DNA of 61,390 bases, the filler included, from Choristocarpus tenellus KU-1152 (taxonomy: Eukaryota; Protista; Phaeophyceae): assembly GCA_964200185.2 (NCBI GenBank). It is 12 parts of 12 records of this genome, joined end to end, with 100 filler letters (N's around TTAATTAATTAA, not from the genome) between each part and the next. Parts side by side here need not be neighbours in the genome. Positions count along the whole stretch, not along the records: positions 47,867 to 55,845 come from CAXNAD020005311.1; positions 55,946 to 58,627 come from CAXNAD020025685.1; positions 58,728 to 61,390 come from CAXNAD020025846.1; 9 more parts are not named here. The stretch is one strand, 5' to 3'. The notes below the pieces were generated by a model. That model worked only from the letters and a program-made list of their open reading frames with translations, ran no database searches and was not told the origin of the DNA. This document shows positions 50,957-61,390 of this stretch, in pieces. Numbering within the stretch: position 1 is the stretch's first letter; each line of letters starts with the position of its first letter. The position numbers were made by a program, and so were the translations under genes.

Positions 50957-51330
50957 CTTCGTTCATGTACGCAGATGACATGGACACCACTGCCTGCAAC
51001 TCCAGTTCTTACCTTGTTCGTGCACGCAGACATGGACATCACTCCTACAACCCCAACTCTTACTTCGTTCGTGTACGCAGACGACATGGACAGCACTGCC
51101 TGCAACTCCAATATCTACTTTGTTCGTGTACGCAGAAGACATGGACATCATTACCTACAACTCCAACACCTACTTTGTTCGTGTGCGCGGAAGACATTGA
51201 CATCACTACTACAACCCCAAGGCTTACTTCGTCCGTGTACGTAGATGACATGAACATCAGTGCCTACCACCCCAATACATATTTCGTTCGTCTACGCAGA
51301 CATGGGCATTAATGGCTGCCACTCCAATGT
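50957..51330 (+). repeat. Tandem array of 7 ~52-55-bp units, each encoding a Y(A/V)(D/E)DM-like peptide
   Basis: Consensus TTCGTTCGTGTACGCAGACGACATGGACATCACTGCCT(A/G)CAACTCCAA...TAC. Confidence 0.9.
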
Positions 51331-51680
51331 CCAAGCACAACTAGCAGACGTTCTCCACAAGACCTTGCTACAAACATATTTTCAAGACCTTCAATTTCGA
51401 TGTCTTCCCTCCGCACAGCACATCGACTCTTCATCAAGTGTCCCTTTGTATCACTGTAGAATTGTATTACCTTTCACTGACGACAAACAACGTCATCACC
51501 ATATTTGTTTACACGCATTCTAGATTCCTTTTCACTTGGAATTGATATTCTTGTTCCTTCATTCTTCTGTAGTTGTTTTACCTTTTGTTTTGGTTCGACT
51601 TTCTTTCATTTATTATTTCTGCCATTTCCATTCGTAGCCGTACCTCACACTCCTTCAGTAATGTTCTACTTCTTTATGTT

Positions 51681-52464
51681 GGGGGAGGGTGTTAAAACAT
51701 AGGCTACTCATTCGATTTGCTTTGACATGATTCAGCATCATCAGTTCATACTGAACGTTGATTTGTCCACTGCAATGGTCGCTATTCCAATTTACATCAT
51801 TAGCTCATTATCTCATCATCACAACTCAATCAGAGATCTATGACAGTAGTTACGTTAGATATGGATCCAAGCTTGGCTTCTTCTTCGTGAGTTACTTCTT
51901 CATTCTCACACAAATTATCAGTTAGATAGCATGTGTTGATTCTCATTTCTTGCTTCGCTGACAGTTCTCAATAGGACGTGCCATCACTCTGCAACACGTA
52001 AAAGACACACCAGGATGCAATATATACAGAGTTAAAACCATCCATGAAAACCCTTCTCTGCCAAGGTGACAACCCTCTTTACAGAGGATGAATTTCTTCA
52101 TTTGAATATCTCAATGAATGACCACACAATTTCTATCAATCACTTTATGCTTGAGGAATATATGCCACAGACATAACAATACCCATCTCACTTCAACCAA
52201 AGTCTGATTGAGTAAGACATTCCTTCAGACACATCAAACCGAACCCGCAGGTGTCTTCTTGCACTATGACACACACACTTGCCTCCAACCGTGTTAATCA
52301 CAGCACAACCAAACGTACCTTCACATCGAACACTGTCTGACTCAGTACAACATGCCATCAGACCTACCAGGACAAATTCATCAGTGCTTTGTTGCGCTAT
52401 GACCTCCGTCACAAACCAGACACATCACAACAACACACAACTCATATGAAATCAGGTTTCAACA
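51681..52464 (+). mobile_element. Copia-family polypurine tract (51681-51689) and 3' LTR (51690-52464)
   Basis: GGGGGAGGG directly before TGTTAAAACATAGGCTACTCA; ends CAGGTTTCAACA; homologous to 28504-29269. Confidence 0.8.
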
Positions 52465-55370
52465 TTTACGTCCATGTAAACGTCTTTAAATTCGCACACA
52501 AAATGCCATATAATGTCTAAGTCGGCACACGTAAACGAATCCCCCACCACAATTCAAAACTGACTTCCCAGGTGTGAGAGGATCATCCTAGAGTCCCTCG
52601 GCGAGCAGTCCATGGGTAGTTCAGAAGGTGGTTAAAAAACTTCTTGTGTGGATGGTACATGCAATACATGCGACTGGAGTAGTCTAAGCACCCCATGTGA
52701 ATCGCCCACAGTACCACGGTAGCATGGAATGAGTTTGTCTACGCATACACCCCGATTGCGGAGGGGTACCTAGAAGGAAAGACCTTGAATGAGATCAAGG
52801 CCTGTGTGAGACGTGGCTATGTAAGGGAAACCCAGTAGCATCATATATCATATATCATATACATTCATACTCTCCCCATTGTTGTTAATATCGGACAGGT
52901 TACTCTGGGCAATATATTTTTTCGAAAAAAACATTGTAATTTCAATAACACGTCGCCCACTAACGCTGCACACCATCCCTGTCTTCACTTGCCGTGCCAA
53001 AGGCACTGTAGTATCGTCTTGAGCTCGTCACCCCTAATAGCACAACGAAGGATGAAATGATTGAGATGATCAAGGTCAAATGTACTGTATTCAGGGCCAA
53101 GAATCTCATGACGGACGACTTTATCCTCGCCACTTGCATGGTGGGCGAGTCAAACTCCAACTCGAGGAGGACAACAACGGAAGAGGATGATGACGAAGAC
53201 GACACAGGGTGTTCAAAAATGGCAAACACGAAGCAAAAGGTCAGTATGTTGTCAGGACCAAAGGGATGTGGTGAACACCACATGTGTGACATGTATTTTT
53301 CTTTCCTGAAATATACCTCCTCCCGCAGACTCCAGCAACAACACACACGAAGCAAAAGGTCAGTATGTTGTCAGGACCAAAGGGATGTGGGGAACACCGC
53401 ATGTGTGACATGTATTTTTCTTTCCTGAAATATACCTCCTCCCACAGACTCCAGCAACAACACACACGATTTTCCACAGCAGTAATCATGTTACTAGTAG
53501 GAATGGGTCCCTTGTTCCAATAATACTGACCAGAACTACAGCTTCCCCTCTGTACGATCAGGTCCTATTCCCACGGGCGGAGGGGGTTCCCACACTCCTT
53601 GATGTCCTCTTCACCAACTTCACCATATTTTTTCTTCATAACAACACGACCATCTGGCAGGCTCGGCAGTATAAGCATTGCAAATCCCAACTCCCGAAAG
53701 GCCACGCTATCATTCCCACTGACTTCAGTTCCCAACTTACACACAACCACCAGGACTTGACACAACAAGAATTTTTCAATCTATTGTTGGCAGCGCTCCT
53801 GGCCATTGTTTGGTGGTTGAGGGACACGAGGGAAGGGAAGGATCTGGGCTCACAGCACTACGATATGTGGTGAAGACCGAAGCCAGGACAACAAGTTTGT
53901 TTAGAACGCTGTGGAGATGTTTCTGAGCAACCACCTAATACCTTCGCCCCAGGAATATGGGCAGACCGTGGATATCTTCCATATCTTGTCAGTTTAAGAA
54001 CTGGTGGCAGATGTGGTGGGTTTCCAAGCGATTGCTAGGATGGGGATTACAGTAGTGCACAACTTCTTGTCCTCGTGCCACAGTAAATCCATGTCAGATG
54101 GAGTCGGAGCTATGGTGAAGTCAGTCGCCAGGAGGTTGGAGCTGAATGGGGTACGGATACCAAGAATCCCATCCTTGGTGGAGACTATTAAGCCCACCAA
54201 GACACGATACATGTTGAGGGATCCAACGCCAGAGGAAGAGGGGTGCCTACATAGGGACCACAAGGTTCCTCCAGGACACACTGTCGTCACCAAGGTTGGT
54301 ACCCCCCCATCCCTACACTCGACATCCAGACGTTTTTCCCACATATGTATAATCTTCAATAATATCGACATTTCTTGGTACATCCCTACTACTCTCCTTC
54401 AACTACAAAATCTTGAATCGTAGTAATTAATGGTTACACCTCGTCTTCACAAACAGGAAAAAAAACACAAATGACAAATTGACTGATATTCACTTCTCCA
54501 CCAACCAGGACATGAGGAGTTTCACCACCTTTGTTCCAACATCCAACCCTGCGTGTTCCTGTGCCTCTAACGTTGGAAGCACATGAAACAACATATGTCG
54601 TCACAGAGTTTCTATCACAATCTACATCAGTATCACCAAAAAAAACAATGACTCCTTACACAATATTCAACATTGTTTTCTCGCAATCGATCTTTGGCAA
54701 TATTTTGTCCTCGTACTCAACACAGTGAGGAGAATATACCTCTAACTTTCCACCACACAACCACACCATCAGAACTACATAGCAAGAGACATTCGCTAAA
54801 TTACTCCAGAATAATACCATCAGAAGGCAGGAGATCATTCACCTCCTGGCCTACAAGATCGATCTGAAGGGATGACACGATAACTGCATCCCCCAGTTCA
54901 GCGGCATCAAGTCCATGCACAGGTTCTTCACCAGTCCAAGTTCCAACAGTAACTCCTCCAAGGTCATATACTCCGAGATGTTGTGCTACTGTACCAGCTG
55001 TTCCATTGGCAATGTCACGAGCTGCGAGTGGCAGGGCACTCACTTGCCTATGTTGAATATCTACCTGACTTTCCCCCAAGGACAACGTGGGTGAAAAGTA
55101 CCTTAGGAGCCATCTCTCTAGGAAGAAGAGGCAGCTCGCGGTGGGGAATGTATGCATTGTGGGAATGGAGCCATCAGAATACAATGGGTTGGAGTTCCTG
55201 CCGTTCACTATACGCAAGAAGGAGACCGTGAAATGAAACACCAGGAACCATTCCAGCTATGGAGGGATGTTCAGTGCTAGGGATGAGGTGGTGTTTGTGA
55301 GGGAAGACTTCGAGATGTTGGCTGCCAGGTTTGTCGATGGAGTGCCAACAGTTCACCTCTAACGTGCGGG
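52465..55370 (+). pseudogene. Sola2-like transposase copy 2, multi-exon and decayed
   Basis: N-terminal CVDGTCNTC...VAWNEF (~52640-52740). Catalytic exon 53562-54294 is paralogous to 16033-16803 but has stops and a deletion removing SDG. C-terminal GIKSMHRF...MLCYCTSC...C (~54900-55030). Confidence 0.7.
53226..53468. repeat. Near-identical ~119-bp tandem duplication; a diverged single copy lies at ~15215-15300
   Basis: ACACGAAGCAAAAGGTCAGTATGTTGTCAGGACCAAAGGGATGTGG... occurs twice. Confidence 0.9.
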
Positions 55371-55393
55371 TCGGTTGAGCTTCCCTAGATTTT

Positions 55394-55646
55394 GAGACAC
55401 AGTATCTTAGAGGGCCGCGTTCATTTGGGACCCAAAATCCAATGTTGCGATTTGGATGTAATGTTGGCTATTATGTTTGTTGGGAAGTGTTGATATCCTT
55501 GTTCCGGACGCACCTTTTCATAACGTTAACATTTTACCTACTCCGAAATATTTTGGAGTAGGAAAATGTAATAAGAAAAACATGGTAAGCCAAGCCTCAA
55601 ACGGACAAACAGGGCGAAACTCGTACCTTTTAAGATACTCTCACTC
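55394..55646. mobile_element. MITE family B, TSD TTTT (another partial copy at 55791-55845)
   Basis: Degenerate TIRs and conserved body. Confidence 0.88.
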
Positions 55647-56012
55647 TTTTACAAAATACTATGTTGTAGTACAAACGAAAATGCTTAGGATTTTGAAACA
55701 CCACAACCACGTATGTTAAAAAACTGTACAATATTACATTCTAAATGGAATTATTCTATATAGATTTTTTTCAATTCAGGTTTGTGCGTTGAGTCAAATT
55801 ATCTTAGAGGGTAGAGCCGCGTCTGTTTGGGGCCAAAATCCAATGNNNNNNNNNNNNNNNNNNNNNNNNNNNNNNNNNNNNNNNNNNNNTTAATTAATTA
55901 ANNNNNNNNNNNNNNNNNNNNNNNNNNNNNNNNNNNNNNNNNNNNGGGAAGAGGAATGAGGGGGAGAGAGATGGGGAACGGGTAGAATCAAAGGACGCAG
56001 GTTTTACCCACC

Positions 56013-57860
56013 ATGATCAACGCCTCCATATCAGCGACGATGTGATTGATGCCCGATGTAGTACTTGGACAATACATGTGCTCAAAGTTGCTCAAGTCGC
56101 CGTTAGCTCGACACTCAAACACTCTGGTGTTAGGAGCGGCAGACCCACAGTGGAGGATGATCGCCCCAGCTCCACCGCCCCTGCCATGGATGTAGTGCTC
56201 CTCTGGTTCCACTGCAGCAAAGGCACCCACCCCGCAGGCAAGGAAACCCTGCTGGACCAGACATAGCATACAGCATCACCATTACCGTGCCATGGCATCA
56301 AGCCAAGGTGGGCAGCAAGGAACGGGGAGAAGGAGCCAGGGCGCATCGTTATACTGCTAAACACTGGACTGTTGTAATATATAGTTTGTATCGACTACTT
56401 GAGTGATTCCATCTAAGATGGGGGTGGGATTGAGTTCTCAAGGGAAAATGTGATTGCATTGTCATATATGTATTTCATAGGCAATATGGAGAGAACTCTC
56501 GACTAAAGTGTGTTCGCAGGCAATCTTCTTCTACAGCCCCACCCACCTTCCCCGAGGTTTGCAAAAGTTCATTGCAGGCACAGGCACGGAGTATATGTCA
56601 CTCAGTGTTTGGAAAGGCATTTTTGACCCCCCCCCAAAAAAACAAACAAAAACAAAAACAAACCCGACTTGAACAAACAAACAAACAAACAAAAAAATTA
56701 AGAAGAAACTGAAAGCGCTCTACGCTGCAGCGCACTCTGATCTAACAAGAGGATACGACTTCCTTCTTACAACTATGAAATGGAGGACAGGATACGGTAA
56801 TGAAGTGACGGAATGAGCAACAGAGACGAGGACTGTTGCATTGAACAATACAGGGAAAATTCACACAGCCCGGCGGGTCTAAGAACACGCTCAGGTAATC
56901 TCACCACAAGCCCGAGTATCCTAGGGACGTAAAGATCAAAAATGGTGGTTACAGATCTTGGTACAAAAGAGACATATTTTTTTTTTCTGGTGTTTTTTAC
57001 GTTCTCTCGAGGCCATGGGGGGGGGCAGGGCACTTTCTGCGGTTGAAGATTCAGAAATGGAACATTTTCATTGTTTTTGATTGGACGGTCCCTCGGCAAT
57101 GGTTTGCAGATGAAAACAATTTATTTATTTATTTATTTTTTGGGGGGTCAGTCACACAGAAGTTCACCAGAGAGAAGAACAATGCAGCTATAATTGCGTC
57201 ATAGTCATCAGACATTGAGATACCAATGATTCACCGGATAGATAGTTGAACAAACCGTGTACCCTTGTGGAAGAGGTGTCTCAATGCCTCAGCAACAGTC
57301 TTCGCAAAGTATTGGCCTCGACAACATTTCCTCTCTTCACCTCACTCATTTAGCAAACAACAAGATTGAGCATGCCCCCGACGATTTCATCCCCAAACAA
57401 ACTCTCTGAAAAAAACGCAACTATCACAAATAAAACAAAAATTTCCTCCCTGTCAGTGCGCACACACTATGAAGAATGGCACAAACAAAACCTCAATGTG
57501 GAAGTAAGCATGATAAATAGAAGAAAACACCTTGAAGGAAGAAAAAAATAACTCAAACTGAAAAATAAAGAGAGAAAAAGGTCAAGTCTATTTTGCACCT
57601 TCTGCTTTTGTCGCCAGCCTCTAGGGGAAGCATCTCCCCCCCCCCCTCCTTCAAACACCCTCTCCGCCTTGGTCTTCCCCGAGTCCTCCTTCCCCCCAGT
57701 CAAGTTCCCTGCGTAGAGGTCTTGAAGGTGGAGCCTACCCGAGGCTCCAGTAAGGACGGCCAGAAATGGATCGACACAGCTCAATTGGGTGACTGGCTCA
57801 CGCAACCTCATCTCCTTGAGGAGGTGCCCGGAACGAACCTGGAAGACTCTTCCTTGTGTA
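56013..57860 (-). CDS. Probable internal exons of an unidentified multi-exon gene (approx. 57710-57855, 57235-57330, 56870-56955, 56013-56250)
   Basis: GC-richer open segments mostly bounded by AG/GT, e.g. VRSGHLLKEMRLREPVTQLSCVDPFLAVLTGASGRLHLQDLYA (beta-propeller-like). Phases not fully verified. Confidence 0.35.
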
Positions 57861-57900
57861 AGCAGCAGGCAGAGGGGGAGAAGTTAATTCGCTGCTATTA

Positions 57901-57938
57901 AGGAGGAGGAGGAGGAGGAGGAGGAGGAGGAGGAGGAG
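57901..57938. repeat. (GGA)n microsatellite; long poly-C at 58509-58557
   Basis: Direct reading. Confidence 0.9.
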
Positions 57939-58507
57939 CACACAACACGCGTGGTTGGGATCATTTTGCGGAGTAGGAACTTTTACGAGTTGCAATCAAC
58001 GTGTGATTGTAGCGTGCGATCGATAAAATCACCGCAATCGAAATTAAATTCGTAAAAAAAAAAAAAAAAATGAGGGAAAAAAAAAATGAGCCCAGGTTCG
58101 ATTTCGATGATGGGGCTGGCTGGCTGTTTTCCTGTTCCTGCGTGTGCGAGAGACGCAGGGTGATGGATGAAGACCGATTGCTCAGCGTCCACAAAAAAAA
58201 AAAGAAGCTCTCTCACCTCGTGCGCGCCGCTCCACGCACGTTTTTTGTTTGTTTGTTTGTGTGTGTGTGTGTGTGTGTTGAATTTGAGTGTGTCGAGAGG
58301 TTTCGAGGCTCTTCATCTACGGGCCGTAACAAGGCTAGCCCTTGGGTTCACGGCGCCAGCACTGAGGCAGCAGAAGGGGCTTGAGTTATTATGTGTGGGA
58401 TGCGGAGTGTTGAGAAAAAAACGTAATGTCCTACAGGGAGCTCCGGCACGCAATGGCTATCGTGCTTGAAACAACACACTTGTCAACATACCCCCTTGAA
58501 GGTTCCT

Positions 58508-58557
<50 letters not shown>

Positions 58558-59166
58558 AGGCGCGACGCCCCACGCCCCCACGCCGCCGCGGCTCCCACGC
58601 CGATGCTCCCCTACGAACAAAAAAAAANNNNNNNNNNNNNNNNNNNNNNNNNNNNNNNNNNNNNNNNNNNNTTAATTAATTAANNNNNNNNNNNNNNNNN
58701 NNNNNNNNNNNNNNNNNNNNNNNNNNNCCCCCCAGATACTTTGACCCACCCCCCTTCCCTTGCCAAGGACCTCAGGTAACTCCCTTTGTAATTAGGTTGC
58801 ACCAAGTGTATAAATACCTAACCTTGCCATTCTTCATGGACTGTTTTTAGTTATAATCACTTAACACGCATCCTCCATGTTGATGTACATAACGCCCAGA
58901 TTTTGTTCTAATAGTATGCGATGCGAGCATATCTTGCTTTTTTATTTTTTATCTGATTGTGCATCTTACATTCATCCACGTTTGTGCTCCCTTTGGCGTG
59001 TATTGAAACCGCTTGCGCCGACTTCTTTGAAAGGTTGAATTGTACTTTCGAATGTAACAGGTGATGCATATCTGATTAGAGAGTTTTACTAACAGCAAAT
59101 ATGTATGCTATACGTGCACTTCTCATGTGTGTTGCAAATGGGTTTGTGTGATTTTTGTCGTTGCAG

Positions 59167-60772
59167 ATGGCTAAGTCACTGCCAAGACCGAGTGAAGAGG
59201 TGTTTGCAACGGGGGGAGCTGGGGGGCGGTATGTATCACAGTCATTGCCTACAAGGAGGAAGCCAGGCCTCGTTAGACCACGCCAGGGCCAAATGGATGG
59301 GGCTGGTGAAAATGTGGACCCCTGCAGTAAGGCGATTTTTGAACAGGTAGGTGTCATGGAGGGTCGTTTGCATATTTTTCCACGTGCCTGAATGCAGTAT
59401 CGTACTTGCGCCTATCATCTGTTGGCCAGAAAGAAGTGGGGCAGTTTAATTCTAAAATCGAAAGCACTGTTTGAGTTGTATCTGTACTGCCTCGGAAAGT
59501 GGGTGGTCAACACTCTATTTTGGTCGTGTGTGTCTGTTTTCCATTTATGTTGCAGAGAACGGTTCTTTGAAGCTGAGTGATATACGTCTCTCTGTCTCTT
59601 TCGAGTAGATTTTTTTTTCAGCATGTGATGGCGATTTCTGCAGTGATGTTATTATAGGGCTATCTGTTTGCTTGGTCACCATCCAAACGATCTTGTAGTT
59701 TAATTTTTGTTTTTTATTCTTTGTGACTGTTTTTCCATTTCACAGCAGCGTGTGTCCAATGGTCTCTGTTTGATCATGCCAACCAACCTCAGTACTCAAG
59801 CTGTCGCTTGCGTAGCTGTGAGTTGTGATTGGGTTGTGGTGAGCCTATTTTGTCGATTATTGCAAAAGGAGTGTGTATTTGACTTCTACGCTGGGTCCAC
59901 TTTGGACGACAATGTCAAAAAAAGATGTTAATATGGGGTGTGTTTTTGCTTGAGCTGTAGTGTGATTGTCCGACTCATCTTGTAGCTGTTGATTTATATG
60001 CTATTGTGAAACTAGCTATATAGAGATTAATGGTTTCTTCCTATGCCCAGCAATCACTGGGGAGGTACAGTCAAGACATTTTATGCACCCCTCAACACTC
60101 TCTTGGTAGCATGCCCAGTAAGACATCACTGCTTGTGTACTGACCTGTGTCAATCTTGATTCACTCACCCACAGTGTTCACCTCTCATGCTTTATCTGAC
60201 ATTCTCCTACTATCCAATCCAGAACATCCACTGCATCCATGCTGCATCCCTCGATCTTCATGACACACTCAACGCAGTACCCCCCACCCCACCCCTCCAA
60301 CTTGATTTATTTATTTTTTTCTTTGCTTCTGGCAGGTGGCACACCGCCTATCACCACAAGAACTCCATGAGTTTTCCCTTGCTTTGCTCTCAATTCCGGC
60401 ATTCCCACTACTCAGACTGGGAACTAGAACTATGTCGGGGGGAGGTGGGGGGGCACTAATGATAGAACATGACGCCAGGGGTGGACCTGTTGGTGGAGGG
60501 TCCACAGGAACACCAGGGTCAATGTTGAGGGAGAATGGGGGAGAGGACTGTGACTCTAGTTTAGGAATTGGTGGTGCAGGTCGAGGACGTGAATCAAATG
60601 GTGGTGTGCATTGTGGAAAAGGGGGTGGACTGAATGAGCAGAGAGGGGGGAGGGTTGGTGGAATTGGGGGTGGAGAGGCAGGGGGAAGTTTGGAGCATGA
60701 GCTAGATGACCTCTTCCAGCTTCAGCGGGTGCTGGAGGGTGCCATGGCCAGAATAACCAGACTATTCTTAAG
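59167..60772 (+). CDS. Two in-phase exons (59167-59346, 60336-60772) of an unidentified Gly-rich protein
   Basis: TTGCAG|ATG...CAG|GTAG and a polypyrimidine-GGCAG|GTG...AG|GTGA. The phase-0 join is open and ends in a helical segment LEHELDDLFQLQRVLEGAMARITRL. Confidence 0.6.
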
Positions 60773-61354
60773 GTGATATTTGGACTTTTGAAGGTCACTC
60801 TGCTTCTGTTTTTTACTTGTGTTAGAGATAGGGTTTATCTGTATAGTAATGTCATGTCAAGCTTTAAGATGTAGGGGGTAGGGGAGGCTAGTGGTTGAGC
60901 CATCTCATTGGCTAGATGTAAGATATAGGATATTCTTGTGTAAATGGTACTTCTTGTATCACTCTTGCTACTTCACAATCTTCGTTGGCGTTATCATCGA
61001 CTCTACAACGCAATCATGTGCATTAAATAACTTCATTACGCTGTGGGGTAAAGCAAGGCTTTTGATTGCACATAGGCGTCCCAATTTGGGGCAGGATGGA
61101 GCGCTATTTCTTTTTTCGCAAACACATTTTTTTTGTGGGAGTGATCTTAGGATATATGTAGTGTAGAAAAAGAAACAGCTGCCATCAGTGTGGTCACGCC
61201 CTGAAATTTCTTGTCAGCAGGGAAGGTAAATGTGTAAGGGATATGTAGATCCATTGGAACAGTATGACTTCACTATCTACTGTGAAAGAAACTGCGGCGA
61301 TATGAAGTATTGAAGAGATATTGTCAACTGTATTATGTGTGCACTGACGGTATG

Positions 61355-61390
61355 GACCCAAAGTGTCTGGGGAGGGGGGGGGGGGGTTAC
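61355..61390. mobile_element. MITE family A left end at the window edge (other partial ends at 37970, 50267, 58728)
   Basis: GACCCAAAGTGTCTGGGG. Confidence 0.75.

Noticed and set aside
50466-50978. 170-aa Pro/Thr/His-rich ORF
   Set aside because: Explained by C/A-rich low-complexity composition, with a TTG start and no motif.
50957-51330. CRISPR-like array
   Set aside because: The would-be spacers are homologous to each other, the repeats are degenerate, no cas genes are present, and the context is eukaryotic.
1-61390. Fanzor/TnpB, Helitron or giant-virus genes
   Set aside because: No RuvC/zinc-finger, Rep/helicase or NCLDV core motifs recognised in the ORF track or in the regions I translated manually. 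A profile search would be needed to exclude decayed copies.

Overview
Repeat-rich eukaryotic genomic DNA. It looks like a stramenopile or brown alga, but that is inferred only from intron style and TE families. The window is 12 contigs joined by 11 artificial ~100-nt gaps (N-run + TTAATTAATTAA six-frame-stop linker + N-run), so adjacency across gaps is not guaranteed. The one clearly identifiable host gene is a 10-exon, 5'-truncated acetyl-CoA hydrolase / 4-hydroxybutyrate (acetate:succinate) CoA-transferase on + (3597-11876). There are also exons of two unidentified genes near 56-61 kb. The rest is mostly transposable elements: (1) three decayed plant-type mariner transposases; (2) two spliced Sola2-like transposase copies; (3) two abundant related MITE families (about 14 and 9 copies) sharing AAAGTATCT termini and GTCCATTTGGG subterminal boxes; (4) a near-intact DIRS/Ngaro-type tyrosine-recombinase retrotransposon; (5) a Copia family (three LTRs, PBS, PPT, gag); (6) MULE, Gypsy and CRE-like relics; (7) several tandem arrays. 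The most unusual items are a 55-bp tandem array reiterating an RT-like Y(A/V)DDM motif just upstream of a Copia PPT/3'LTR, and a putative spliced-Sola2 plus dual-MITE system. I found no CRISPR array, Fanzor/TnpB or convincing wholly new system.
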